This document shows positions 46,061 through 56,073 of a stretch of 64,000 nucleotides of DNA, piece by piece. Source of the stretch: Candidatus Saccharimonadales bacterium (GTDB taxonomy: Bacteria; Chloroflexota; Dormibacteria; Aeolococcales; Aeolococcaceae); NCBI GenBank assembly GCA_035532495.1, contig DATKQX010000082.1:4399-68398 (forward strand). Direction: 5' to 3'. The translations under genes and the position numbers were made by a program. The notes below the pieces were generated by a model. It saw only the letters and a list, made by a program, of their open reading frames with translations, was not told where the DNA came from and made no database searches. Each line of letters opens with the position of its first letter. Position 1 is the stretch's first letter.

Positions 46061-47620
46061 ATGACCGACGTCATCAAGACCCATGCGAGCAACCTGCCCG
46101 CAGCTCGCAACATCCGCTGGAACCCGTCGCCCGCGGAGTTGCGCGAGTTGACGTCGCGCATGCCCAACGCGAGCCACACCGAGTACGACAACTACAACGT
46201 GCAGACCCGGGTCGTCTCGCGCAGCAAGGCCAGCACATACGTGGTCACCGATCGACCCGAGGAGCACTCCGATCAGACCATGAGCCGAGCCGACGGACAG
46301 AAGATCGCCGATCGCCAGGATGCGTACATCCGTGACCAGGACATGCTCGTCATCGACGGCTACATCGGTAACGACACCCAGCATCGTGTGGGAGCCCGTC
46401 TCTTCATCGAAGCAGCCAACGCGAACATCGCGGGCATGCAGCGCTGGCTCTACTTCGATGCTGAGAACCCGGGTTCGGACTTCAACCCACTGCTGACCGT
46501 GATCTACACGCCCAACCTCGACGCGCCCGGCTATCCGAATGATCGCGTGATCGCCGTCGACCTGGAGGCAGGTGTGACGCGCGTCCTCAACAGCGACTAC
46601 TTCGGTGAGTCCAAGAAAGGCGGACTCCGCATGTGGAACAAGCTCACGTACGACCAGGGTGGGCTCTCGCTGCACGCCGGCTGCAAAGTCGTGCCGACTG
46701 CTCGCGGGGATCAGGCGCTGCTGATCATCGGATTGTCGGGAACGGGCAAGACCACCACGACCTTCACGCGTCAGAACGACAGCAAACCCGTGCAGGACGA
46801 CTTCGTTGCGCTGTATCCGGCGGGACGCATCGTGGCAACCGAGAACGGCTGCTTCGCGAAGACGTTCGCGCTCGATCCGGCTGACGAACCGACCATCTAC
46901 GGTGCCGTCTGCAAGTCGGAGACGTACCTTGAGAACGTGTCGCAGGATGAGGCCGGCGTTGTCGACTTCTTCGATACGTCCTATACGCCCAATGGTCGCG
47001 CCGTCTTTCAGATGGACGCCCTCGGATGGCACACGGACGCGCGCGAGGTCAGCGCGGTCGATCATTTCCTCATCCTCAACCGCAACGAGAACCTCATTCC
47101 GGGTGTGGCGCGGCTGAACCGTGAGCAGGCTGCGCTGTACTTCATGCTCGGCGAGACGCGCGGTACATCTGCCGGTGGCGCGGAAGAGGCTGGTAAGTTC
47201 CTGCGTGTTCCCGGCACCAACCCGTTCTTCCCCCTTCGCCACGAGCAGCAGGGAAATCGCTTCCTCGAGCTCATGGACAGCGGCAATTTCGCGGTCTACC
47301 TGCTCAACACCGGTCGCGTCGGTGGCGGAGATGACGACGAGCGAGGCAAGAAGATCTCGATCACGTACTCGAGCGCGATGGTCAAGGGCATCGCCGAGGG
47401 CACGATCGAATGGGAGACGGACCCGGACTTCGGCTATGAGGTCGCCACGTCGGTCCCGGGGATCGACGACCCCGAGATTCTTCAGCCGCGCAAGCTGTAT
47501 GAGCGTCAGGGCCGGATCGATGGGTACCGCGCCCTGGTCGAGCAGTTGAAGAAGGACCGCCGCGAGTATCTTGCGTCCTTTCCAGGTCTGCGTCCGGAGA
47601 TCATCAACGCCGTCGCTTAG
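46061..47620 (+). CDS. pckA: phosphoenolpyruvate carboxykinase (ATP)
   Basis: GLSGTGKTTTTF kinase-1a motif and NTGRVGGG. ATG 46061 is preceded by GGAGGAG. Confidence 0.9.
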   Translation: MTDVIKTHASNLPAARNIRWNPSPAELRELTSRMPNASHTEYDNYNVQTRVVSRSKASTYVVTDRPEEHSDQTMSRADGQKIADRQDAYIRDQDMLVIDGYIGNDTQHRVGARLFIEAANANIAGMQRWLYFDAENPGSDFNPLLTVIYTPNLDAPGYPNDRVIAVDLEAGVTRVLNSDYFGESKKGGLRMWNKLTYDQGGLSLHAGCKVVPTARGDQALLIIGLSGTGKTTTTFTRQNDSKPVQDDFVALYPAGRIVATENGCFAKTFALDPADEPTIYGAVCKSETYLENVSQDEAGVVDFFDTSYTPNGRAVFQMDALGWHTDAREVSAVDHFLILNRNENLIPGVARLNREQAALYFMLGETRGTSAGGAEEAGKFLRVPGTNPFFPLRHEQQGNRFLELMDSGNFAVYLLNTGRVGGGDDDERGKKISITYSSAMVKGIAEGTIEWETDPDFGYEVATSVPGIDDPEILQPRKLYERQGRIDGYRALVEQLKKDRREYLASFPGLRPEIINAVA

Positions 47621-47709
47621 TTGAGGGGATCTCGACCGGATCCGCTGGACGGGACCAATTCGGGACGGCTGGGGAGTGGGTGCCGAGGCTGGCGCCATGC
47701 GTACGGTTG

Positions 47710-47730
47710 CGAACATATGTTTGGTATAGT
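47710..47730 (+). promoter_or_regulatory. Cheo/LexA-type SOS box abutting a -10 box of a leaderless promoter
   Basis: CGAACATATGTTTG (47710-47723) matches CGAACRNRYGTTYC at 13 of 14 positions. TATAGT (47725-47730) lies 6 nt before GTG 47737. Confidence 0.6.
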
Positions 47731-47736
47731 ATTCGC

Positions 47737-49053
47737 GTGAGCAAAACCATCAGCGAGGATGTCGGCCACCGCATCGAGGAGCTCTCGGCGCAGATCCATG
47801 CCGCCACCGCAGAGCTCGTGCAGTTGAGTGCCGAGTACGACGATGTCGGCGGCTGGCTCGGTGTCGGCCTTCGATCCTGCGCGCACTGGCTCTCGATTCA
47901 CGCCGGCGTCGATGTCGGAACCGGAGCGGAGATGGTTCGCACCGGGCACGCGCTCGAGGCGTTGCCGCAGATCGCAGAGGCGTTCGCCGAGGGCCGGCTG
48001 TCCTTTGACAAGGTTCGGAAGGTCACGCGCGTCGCCGTCCCCGAGGACGAGCAGGTCTGGCTCGATGTCGCGCTCAACGCTTCGGGTGGTCAACTGAGCA
48101 GGATCTGTCGTGCGGTCGCAAGCGCACTCGATGCTGCCGACCCGCTCCTCGCCGGGCACGCGCTCCAGCTGCGCAGCCTGCGGATGTGGTGGCGCGACGA
48201 CGGGATGCTCCAGGTGATGGCGGCGCTTCCCCGGGAGGACGGTGCGGTCTTCCAGGCAGCGGTCGAGGCAGCTGCCGCCGCGCTCGTCTCCGAGCTGCGT
48301 TCAGCGCCCCGTGCGGTCGATGGGGTCGACGATCCCACCGAGTTGACGTGCGACGTGCTCCGCAGCGATGCGCTCGTTCGCGTGTGCGAGGAGTGGGTCG
48401 CCAGCGTCTCGAAGACGCCAACTCCCGCGCCGACACGCCAGGTCGTCGTCCACGTTGATCAGACGGCGCTCGTCACGCGCGACCCGGCCGCGCGCTGCCA
48501 CATCGAAGACGGGCCCTGGCTCCCGTTCGATGCTGCGCAATGGCTCAGCTGCGACTCCGATGTCGTGTCCGTTCTCGAGCGCGACGGCAAGGTGCTGGAT
48601 GTCAGTCGAGTACATCGCGTGCTCTCGTCGCGTCTGCGTCTTGCGTTGCAAGCTCGTGACCGAGGGTGCCGGTTTCCGGGATGCAGCGTTCCTCCGCCGC
48701 GGGCCGAAGGACACCACATCAAGCACTGGGCTCATGGCGGTCGCACCGACATGGACAATCTCGTATCGCTCTGCCGGTTCCACCACCGGCGTCACCACGA
48801 GGGAGCGTTCGAGATCCGCGCCGTGAGCGGCGAGCCCATCCGGTTCGAGCTGTCGGACGGGACCGTGTTGCGGCCTGTCGTCGCACTCCCCAGTCCGGGA
48901 CTGACGTCGAACCCGAATGTGGCCGCCGATGCGGCGATCGCACTTGGTCGCGGCGAGTATTTCGATCGGGACCACGCTGTCAGCGTCATCGCTGACGCCT
49001 GTTGGACGAGACGCGCGGTGGTACGTGAGTTGGATCGCGGCGGGGGCGACTAG
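47737..49053 (+). CDS. DUF222-domain HNH endonuclease (13E12-repeat-like family)
   Basis: N-terminal DUF222-like helical region and C-terminal HNH (GCRFPGCSVPPPRAEGHHIKHWAHGGRTDMDNLVSLCRFHHRRHH). Confidence 0.85.
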   Translation: MSKTISEDVGHRIEELSAQIHAATAELVQLSAEYDDVGGWLGVGLRSCAHWLSIHAGVDVGTGAEMVRTGHALEALPQIAEAFAEGRLSFDKVRKVTRVAVPEDEQVWLDVALNASGGQLSRICRAVASALDAADPLLAGHALQLRSLRMWWRDDGMLQVMAALPREDGAVFQAAVEAAAAALVSELRSAPRAVDGVDDPTELTCDVLRSDALVRVCEEWVASVSKTPTPAPTRQVVVHVDQTALVTRDPAARCHIEDGPWLPFDAAQWLSCDSDVVSVLERDGKVLDVSRVHRVLSSRLRLALQARDRGCRFPGCSVPPPRAEGHHIKHWAHGGRTDMDNLVSLCRFHHRRHHEGAFEIRAVSGEPIRFELSDGTVLRPVVALPSPGLTSNPNVAADAAIALGRGEYFDRDHAVSVIADACWTRRAVVRELDRGGGD

Positions 49054-49063
49054 GGTCCGTCTC

Positions 49064-49711
49064 TCAGGAAGCGTCGTGGCAGAAGTGGATCTTCTCCGGC
49101 TGTCGCGCACGGAGACTCGCGAGAGTCTGGTGCCAGGAATCCGTATCGGCGGCTTGGCCCGACGGCAGCTTTGACGACACACTGGCGTGGTCCCAGATCG
49201 CGCGCGTGTATGCGGCATCGCCGATGAACAATTCGGTCCCGGACGGCGTCGTCGCGATGACCGACTGATGTCCCGACGTGTGGCCCGGTGTCGTGATGAT
49301 GCGCAGATCCTCCGCGAGCTGGACGTCCCCGTCGATCAGCTCAAACCGCATGCCGGACGCCTCGATCCAGTCGGTCACCTCGTCGCGCTCACGAAAGATA
49401 CGCTCGTGTTCCGACCGCTGGACCACCAATGGCGCATGATCGAACGCCGGGTTCTGCCCGCAGTGATCGAAATGCAGGTGCGTGTTGATCACCATGTTCA
49501 CATCGATCGGAGCGAGATCGTGCTCCCCGAGTGCCTGCGCAACGGTTCGGTTGACGACGGAGTAGTACCGCATGACCTCGTCCGGGCCGCCGCAGCCGGT
49601 GTCGACGAGGATCGTCCCGAGCTGATCATGCAGGATCACGTAGCCGTGCACCGGCCACTGACTCCTTTCAATGAAGAGGTGCCCGAGGTCGAGGCGCTTG
49701 ATCTGCATCAT
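49064..49711 (-). CDS. MBL-fold hydrolase (N-acyl-homoserine-lactonase-like)
   Basis: INTHLHFDHCG motif. ATG 49711 shares one nt with the tam stop. Confidence 0.75.
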   Translation of the reverse strand: MMQIKRLDLGHLFIERSQWPVHGYVILHDQLGTILVDTGCGGPDEVMRYYSVVNRTVAQALGEHDLAPIDVNMVINTHLHFDHCGQNPAFDHAPLVVQRSEHERIFRERDEVTDWIEASGMRFELIDGDVQLAEDLRIITTPGHTSGHQSVIATTPSGTELFIGDAAYTRAIWDHASVSSKLPSGQAADTDSWHQTLASLRARQPEKIHFCHDAS

Positions 49712-50496
49712 CACGCGCCGGCCAACCGGCCCCACAACAGAATCCGCTTGAACGCGTAGAAATACGGGCGTTGCTCCCCGAGCGCAGCGTTCAGACGTTC
49801 GCGATAGCGCGCAACGAACTCCTCGTGCAATGACTCGGGCATGCGCGCCTCGTAATCGGTGAGCAGTGTGCCCTTCACCCACTCCACCACCGCGTCGGCG
49901 GACTCGAGCACGTGCCCGTACACCTGCAAGCGCACGGATTGCGCGGCATAGCCGAGTTCGTGGAGGAGGGTCGAGTATGCCTCAGGTGCGAGCACGGAGT
50001 ACGTGCGTGTGTACCCATGCATGGCGCTGGCGAACGGTTCCTCACGAGCGACCTCGGTAGCGAGCATGTGCGACACGTGATCGAAGTTGGCCGGCACCTG
50101 CACTGCAAGCTCGCCACCGGCCACCAGCATCCGCGTCAATCGCGCAAGGAGCCGCGGATGGTCGGGCAACCAATGCAGCGCCGCGTTGGAGAAGACGACG
50201 TTGAAGGGTGCGTCCGGCTCCCACTCGCCCATGTCGGCATGCAGGAACGACAGCCCGGAAACTTCGAGGCTCCGCGCGCGTTCGAGCATCGCATCCGAAG
50301 AGTCAACCCCGATCGTCGTCGTCGCATCGAGCTCGCGGTGCAGCGCCGCGGTGAGCATGCCGGTGCCGCAACCCAGGTCGACCACGTGACCCGCCGGCCG
50401 TCTCGTGATGAGTGCCGCGAGGTCGTGGAAGGGCTGTTCACGTTCGCTGCGAAAGCGCTCGTACTGGGTCGGGTCCCAGGTATCGCGATCGGTCAT
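49711..50496 (-). CDS. tam: trans-aconitate 2-methyltransferase
   Basis: WDPTQYERFRSEREQPFHDL...VVDLGCGTGMLT...VVFSNAALHWLPDH. Confidence 0.85.
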   Translation of the reverse strand: MTDRDTWDPTQYERFRSEREQPFHDLAALITRRPAGHVVDLGCGTGMLTAALHRELDATTTIGVDSSDAMLERARSLEVSGLSFLHADMGEWEPDAPFNVVFSNAALHWLPDHPRLLARLTRMLVAGGELAVQVPANFDHVSHMLATEVAREEPFASAMHGYTRTYSVLAPEAYSTLLHELGYAAQSVRLQVYGHVLESADAVVEWVKGTLLTDYEARMPESLHEEFVARYRERLNAALGEQRPYFYAFKRILLWGRLAGA

Positions 50497-50568
50497 GGCG
50501 CACCAATCGGGAACGCGAGCCGCCTGCGCATCGGCGGACAGGATAGCGTTGCCCCGGTGCTACCCAGA

Positions 50569-52077
50569 GTGTGGACGCGCTTCGCGCTCGTGGCGGCGGT
50601 CTGCGCCGCAGCCGGGTGCAGCCCGAGCCCAGCGGCACCGACGCCGCCGCCCACCGATGAACCGACACTGGGGACGCTCGCCCTCCCGGTGCCGCCGCCC
50701 TTGACGCTCCCGGCCGTGCTGCGGCTTCGCTTCCGCCCATGCTCGGGTGCCGTCGGTCTGCAGTGCGCGACGATGACGGTGCCGCTCGACTACGCCGATC
50801 CGTCAGGGACAACCATCTCGATCGCCGTCGCGCGGCTCCCCGCCGTCAATGCAGCAAGCGGGTCGATCGTCGTCAATCCGGGTGGTCCAGGCGAGTCGGG
50901 GATCGACTACCTGAACGAGGCGGCCAGCCGGTTCAGCCGCCTGCGCGCGTCGTACAACATCGTGTCGTTCGACCCGCGAGGAACAGGACGGAGCGAGCCC
51001 GCACACTGCCTCCCCGGTGCAGACCTCGACGAGTACTACTCCGCCGATCCGATCGGCAACACCGCGCAGAGTGAAGCGACACTCGTCGCGCTGTCGCAGC
51101 GCTTCGCTGCCGGGTGTCTCGCCAGGACCGGGCGGACGCTCCTCTTTCTTGGAACTCAGTACACGGCCCGCGACCTCGAGGAATTGCGCCGCGCTCTCGG
51201 TGGAGCGCCGCTCACGTATCTCGGGCTGAGCTACGGGACCTTCCTTGGTGAAACGTATGCGTCGCTGTACCCGGACAAGGTGCGCGCGATGGTCCTTGAC
51301 GGAGTCGAGAACCCGACGATTCCGCTGCTCCCCGCGTCCGACGACCAGGCGACCGCGTTCGAGCATGACCTCACCGACTTCGAGGCGGGCTGCGCGCAGG
51401 GATGCGGCTTCAGCCGACCACCTGCTGCGACGATCGCGGGCGTGCTCGCGCAGGCAGATCGAGCACCGCTCATCGTGAACGGCCGGCCGTTGACACGCGC
51501 CGAAGCGATCACCGGCATCCTCACGTACCTCTACGAGCCGGCGGAGGATCGCAACCTGGAGCAGGCGCTGGCCAATGCGATCAATCAGGCTGCGTCCGGC
51601 AACGGCGACCTCCTGCTCGGCTCCGCTGACGACTACGTCGGACGACACAGCGACGGCACGTACGCTCCGCTCGCCGAGGCCAACATCGCGATTGCGTGCG
51701 CGGACAACTCGGTCCCCACGACGTTGTCGACATACGTTTCCGAGGGGCAGCGCATGAATGCCATCGATCCACACTTCGGCGCCGCCATGGTGTGGGGCGA
51801 TCTGGCCTGCGCGTACTGGCCGTTCCATGCGCCGCCGGCGCCGTTCCGCACCGTCGAAACGGCACCGTTGCTCTTCGTCGGCGCAACCGGTGATCCTGCC
51901 ACGCCGTACAGATGGGCGCTCGGCGCGATCCCGTTCTTTCCGGGCTCCGTCCTGCTGACCCGTGACGGCGATGGGCACGTCTCGTTCGGCAAGAGCACGT
52001 GCGCCGACTCCTACGAGCAAACGTACCTCGTCAGGCTCACGCTCCCACCGTCGGGGACGACGTGCCCGACGAACTGA
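50569..52077 (+). CDS. secreted alpha/beta hydrolase lipoprotein (tripeptidyl-aminopeptidase-like)
   Basis: GTG 50569 gives VWTRFALVAAVCAAAGC (lipobox). Nucleophile elbow GLSYGT and a TAP-like C-terminal region. Confidence 0.75.
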   Translation: MWTRFALVAAVCAAAGCSPSPAAPTPPPTDEPTLGTLALPVPPPLTLPAVLRLRFRPCSGAVGLQCATMTVPLDYADPSGTTISIAVARLPAVNAASGSIVVNPGGPGESGIDYLNEAASRFSRLRASYNIVSFDPRGTGRSEPAHCLPGADLDEYYSADPIGNTAQSEATLVALSQRFAAGCLARTGRTLLFLGTQYTARDLEELRRALGGAPLTYLGLSYGTFLGETYASLYPDKVRAMVLDGVENPTIPLLPASDDQATAFEHDLTDFEAGCAQGCGFSRPPAATIAGVLAQADRAPLIVNGRPLTRAEAITGILTYLYEPAEDRNLEQALANAINQAASGNGDLLLGSADDYVGRHSDGTYAPLAEANIAIACADNSVPTTLSTYVSEGQRMNAIDPHFGAAMVWGDLACAYWPFHAPPAPFRTVETAPLLFVGATGDPATPYRWALGAIPFFPGSVLLTRDGDGHVSFGKSTCADSYEQTYLVRLTLPPSGTTCPTN

Positions 52078-52136
52078 CTCCGCCGGCGCCCGATGGACCG
52101 GGTCTGGAACCGGCGCCTCCGCCGACTCGCAGGCCG

Positions 52137-53375
52137 ATGGCCGGTCGGGTGGTCCGCTCCATGGCGGTCGACGCCCGCGCGCTACGGGAGTCGCGACCGT
52201 TCCGCCGGCTCTTCATCGGCCAGCTCATCTCGCTCATCGGGCGGCAGATCACGCTGGTCGCAGTCCCATTCCAGGTGTACGCGCTGACAAAGTCCGCGCT
52301 GGACGTCGGCTTACTCGGCGTCGTACAGGCGGTCCCGCTCATCGCCGGGTCCCTCGGCGGCGGAGCGATCGCCGACCGCTTCGATCGCAGGCGGGTGCTG
52401 CTCGTCACCCAGCTCTGCCTCACTTTGTGCTCGGGGCTGCTCGCACTGGGTGCGTTCACGGGCAACCCACCGCTCCTGGCGCTGTACGGCGTCGTCGCGT
52501 TCGCGGCACTGGTCGGCGCCGTCGATGCGCCGACGCGCACGGCGATCCTCCCGAACCTCGTCGGCGGCGACCAGCTCCCTGGAGCGCTCTCGCTCAACAT
52601 CGTGCTGTTCCAGACGACGCTCGTCGCCGGTCCCGCGATCGGTGGCCTCGTCATCGCGCACTTCGGGCTCGCCGAGGCGTACTCGGTGGACGTGGTCACC
52701 TTCAGCGCAGCACTCGTCGCCGTCATCCTGTTGCCGCCGCAGGGGCACTCGCCCACCCGGCGGGAGCGGCCTCTGGCGGCGATCCTGCGCGGCATCGACT
52801 TCACCCGCAAGCAGCCCATCCTCCTTGGCACCTTCGCGATGGACCTCGCGGCAATGATTTTCGGGTTGCCGCGCGCGGTCTTTCCGGTGCTGGCCGCGAA
52901 CACGTTCCACGCCGGCGCGCAGGGCCTCGGATTCCTCTATTCCGCGCCGGGTTTCGGCGCGGTGGTGGCGGCCCTGATCAGCGGACCGACAGCGCGCTCC
53001 AGGCGCCTCGGCCGGATCATTGTGGTCTCGATCGCGGCGTGGGGTGTCGCGGTCGTCGCCTTCGGGTTCGCGCGGAGCCTCTGGGTCGCCCTGCTCCTGC
53101 TCGCCGTTGCCGGCGGAGCCGACAGCTTCAGCGCCGTGTGCCGCACGACGATCATGCAGCGGATCGCACCGAACGAATTGCGCGGACGCCTGACCTCGCT
53201 CTACTTCATGGTCGTTGCAGGCGGCCCGTACCTCGGCGACGTGGAGACCGGCGTCGTCGCCAACGCCTTCGGCGCGGAGGTGGCGATCGTCACCGGAGGC
53301 GTGCTCTGCCTGGTCGGTCTCGGCGCGGCGGCGGCGGCATTTCCGTTGGTGTGGCGGTATCGACCGGGTCCGTAA
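52137..53375 (+). CDS. MFS transporter (EntS/YbdA-like)
   Basis: 12-helix profile with FRRLFIGQLISLIGRQITLVAVPFQVY typical of this MFS subgroup. ATG 52137 is preferred. Confidence 0.75.
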   Translation: MAGRVVRSMAVDARALRESRPFRRLFIGQLISLIGRQITLVAVPFQVYALTKSALDVGLLGVVQAVPLIAGSLGGGAIADRFDRRRVLLVTQLCLTLCSGLLALGAFTGNPPLLALYGVVAFAALVGAVDAPTRTAILPNLVGGDQLPGALSLNIVLFQTTLVAGPAIGGLVIAHFGLAEAYSVDVVTFSAALVAVILLPPQGHSPTRRERPLAAILRGIDFTRKQPILLGTFAMDLAAMIFGLPRAVFPVLAANTFHAGAQGLGFLYSAPGFGAVVAALISGPTARSRRLGRIIVVSIAAWGVAVVAFGFARSLWVALLLLAVAGGADSFSAVCRTTIMQRIAPNELRGRLTSLYFMVVAGGPYLGDVETGVVANAFGAEVAIVTGGVLCLVGLGAAAAAFPLVWRYRPGP

Positions 53376-53642
53376 GATTCGCCCCTCGTGAGTCGATTGC
53401 TCGTGGTGCGCCTCGCGTGTTGCTCGGTCTCGCCGCCTGCACCTCGCAGATACCTTCGACGCATCGGGGCGCGCAAGGCGTCGCGGCAACCCACGGGAGC
53501 ACAACACTCGTTGCCGAGATGTGGTGCGAGACGGACACCAGCGGCGATGCGCCGTTCTACATCGCCACGGGCCCGTCGTTCGACTACGTGCTCACCAACC
53601 TGCACTTCCAGGGAAGCTGACGGGCGTTGAAAGGCCGCCCCC

Positions 53643-54902
53643 GTGTATCGTCCGAGCGACATGCCGAGCCCGGATTCGACTGATGTCGGGACGATGCCGT
53701 CGCTCGGCGACGTGCCCGAGCACATGCATGCGTCGCTGATCCGTCCGGAGCGGTACGGCGATCCGCAGACGGCATTCGAGGTGGAGACGGTTGCGACTCC
53801 GACGCCGGGTCGGGGCGAGGCGCTCGTCTATGTGATGGCGGCGGGTGTCAATTACAACAACGTCTGGGCAGCCCTCGGTCGTCCGGTCGACGTCATCGCG
53901 GCGCGCCTGAAAGCCGGCGCGCACGAGCCGTTTCACATCGGAGGCAGCGATGCCTCCGGGATCGTGTGGGCGGTCGGCGAGGGAGTCGACAGCGTCGCGG
54001 TCGGCGACCACGTCGTCGCCCATTGCGGCATGTGGGATCCCGCCGACCCGTGGATTGTCGGGGGCGGCGATCCGATCATCGCCCCGAGCGCGCGGATCTG
54101 GGGGTACGAGACGAATTGGGGGAGCTTTGCGCAGTACACACTCGTGCAGGCACATCAGTTGCTCCGCAAGCCGCCGCAGTTGAGCTGGGCTGCCGCGGCC
54201 GCGGGCACGCTGGTCGGTGCCACCGCATACCGGATGCTCTGCTCGTGGCACCCGCACACGGTTCGCGAGGGCGACGTGGTGCTCATCTGGGGCGGATCGG
54301 GGGGTCTCGGTTCGCAGGCGATCCAGATCGCCAAGGCCAAGGGCGCGATCCCGGTCGCCGTCACGTCGGGGCCCGAACGCGGCCGGTACTGCATCGACCT
54401 CGGCGCGCGCGGCTACATCGACCGGCGCGACTTTTCGCACTGGGGCGTCATCCCGGATTGGCGCGACGATGCGGCGTTCAGCGAGTGGACCGCGGGCGCG
54501 CGCGCCTTCGGCAAGGCGCTCTGGGATGTCGTCGGCGAGCGGCGCAACCCGCGCATCGTCTTCGAGCATCCGGGCGAGGCCACGATTCCAACGTCGATGT
54601 TCGTGTGTGAGAACGGCGGGATGGTGGTCATCTGCGCCGGCACCACCGGCTATCACGCAGCGGTGGATCTTCGTTATCTCTGGATGCGTCAGAAGCGGCT
54701 GCAGGGCTCGCACTTCGCGAACGATCAGGAGGCAGCCGCCTTCAACGACATGGTCATCAGCGGCGAGGTTGACCCGTGCCTGTCACGCACGTTCGTATTC
54801 GATGAGGTCGGCGTCGCCCATCAGCTGATGCGCGAGAACCTGCATCCGATGGGCAACATGGCCGTGCTCGTCGGCGCCCACGACGCGCAGGAGCGGGACT
54901 GA
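53643..54902 (+). CDS. ccr: crotonyl-CoA carboxylase/reductase
   Basis: MDR-family enzyme with Ccr-type segments ([43 protein letters not shown]). The start may be ATG 53661. Confidence 0.75.
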   Translation: MYRPSDMPSPDSTDVGTMPSLGDVPEHMHASLIRPERYGDPQTAFEVETVATPTPGRGEALVYVMAAGVNYNNVWAALGRPVDVIAARLKAGAHEPFHIGGSDASGIVWAVGEGVDSVAVGDHVVAHCGMWDPADPWIVGGGDPIIAPSARIWGYETNWGSFAQYTLVQAHQLLRKPPQLSWAAAAAGTLVGATAYRMLCSWHPHTVREGDVVLIWGGSGGLGSQAIQIAKAKGAIPVAVTSGPERGRYCIDLGARGYIDRRDFSHWGVIPDWRDDAAFSEWTAGARAFGKALWDVVGERRNPRIVFEHPGEATIPTSMFVCENGGMVVICAGTTGYHAAVDLRYLWMRQKRLQGSHFANDQEAAAFNDMVISGEVDPCLSRTFVFDEVGVAHQLMRENLHPMGNMAVLVGAHDAQERD

Positions 54903-54903
54903 C

Positions 54904-55569
54904 CTACTGCTGCGCGGCGAGGTAGACGAGCGCAGCTTTCACGCGGCGGTGCACGTCGGGTTCCTCGGACAAGTCGAGCTTGGAGAAGATCGCGTTGATG
55001 TGCTTCTCCACCGCCCGTTCTGTGAGGAACAACGCGGCGGCGATGCCCGCGTTGTTGCGACCCATCGCGACCTGTTGCAGCACGTCCAGCTCGCGCGGCG
55101 TCAGCTGGGCGATCGGCGAGTTGCGGGCCGCGCTCCGTGCGGCAACGAGCGTCTCGACGACACGCGGATCGATCACCGAGCCGCCGCGCGAGACCTCGCG
55201 CACCGCCCCCACGAGCTGGTCGATGTCGGAGACACGCTCCTTGAGGAGATAGGCTCGGCCGCTCGCACCTTTCTCGAGCAACGCGAGCGCGTACTCGGGT
55301 TCCGCGTACTGGCTGAGAACGACGACACCGACCTCGGGTCGCTCGATGCGCAGCCGTTCGGCGGCGCGCAACCCCTCGTCGGTGCCTGTCGGTGGCATGC
55401 GGATGTCGGTGATGACCACCGCCGGGCTGTGCTCCTCGATCGCCCGCTCCAGCTCTGGGAGGTCGGCGCAGGATGCGCGCAACTCGATCTCGTCGGACGC
55501 TTCGAGCAGCTGACGGATGCCTTCGCGGAGAAGGTAGTTGTCCTCCGCGAGGACCACACGGATCGGCAC
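54904..55569 (-). CDS. NarL/FixJ-family response regulator (REC + LuxR HTH)
   Basis: REC (VVITDIRMPP) plus LuxR HTH (LTPRELDVLQQVAMGRNNAGIAAALFLTERAVEKHINAIFSKL). Confidence 0.9.
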   Translation of the reverse strand: MPIRVVLAEDNYLLREGIRQLLEASDEIELRASCADLPELERAIEEHSPAVVITDIRMPPTGTDEGLRAAERLRIERPEVGVVVLSQYAEPEYALALLEKGASGRAYLLKERVSDIDQLVGAVREVSRGGSVIDPRVVETLVAARSAARNSPIAQLTPRELDVLQQVAMGRNNAGIAAALFLTERAVEKHINAIFSKLDLSEEPDVHRRVKAALVYLAAQQ

Positions 55570-55608
55570 GCGATGAGAATAGGCGAGCCGGTTGCGGTCC
55601 GGGTGCCT

Positions 55609-55629
55609 GCATCACCCACCAAGTGATGC
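55609..55629. promoter_or_regulatory. perfect 7-bp inverted repeat in the divergent RR/REC intergenic region
   Basis: GCATCAC-ccaccaa-GTGATGC. It lies 40 nt upstream of the LuxR-type RR start and 58 nt upstream of the REC gene. Confidence 0.4.
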
Positions 55630-55686
55630 GTGCATGGTTGCCGCGGCGACACGGGAGGGATACCGTGGCAGCATGGGACACCTCAG

Positions 55687-56067
55687 ATGAGCGTCCGGGT
55701 GTTGATCGTCGACGACCAGGCACCGTTCCGCGACGTGGCTCGAACGGTCGTGGAGCTCACCGACGGATTCGAGGTGGTGGGAGAGGTCGAAACCGGTGAG
55801 GACTCGGTCAACTCCGCGCGCGAGCTGCATCCCGATCTCGTCTTGATGGACGTGAACCTGCCCGGGATGAGCGGGCTCGACGCGACCAGGGAGATCCTCG
55901 CCGGAGTCGAGGCTACGCGACCGGTCGTGGTCCTCGTGCTGTCGACGTATGAAGCCGATGAATACGGCCCACGCGCGGCCGAGGCGGGAGCGGCAGGGTT
56001 CATCTCGAAGTCGGAGTTCAGCCCCGACCGGCTGATCGAAGCCTGGGCCGCTGCATCGGCGGGGTAG
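55687..56067 (+). CDS. single-domain response regulator (REC only)
   Basis: MSVRVLIVDDQAPFR...DLVLMDVNLPGMSGLD...FISKS. 126 aa. Confidence 0.85.
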   Translation: MSVRVLIVDDQAPFRDVARTVVELTDGFEVVGEVETGEDSVNSARELHPDLVLMDVNLPGMSGLDATREILAGVEATRPVVVLVLSTYEADEYGPRAAEAGAAGFISKSEFSPDRLIEAWAAASAG

Positions 56068-56073
56068 AACGCG

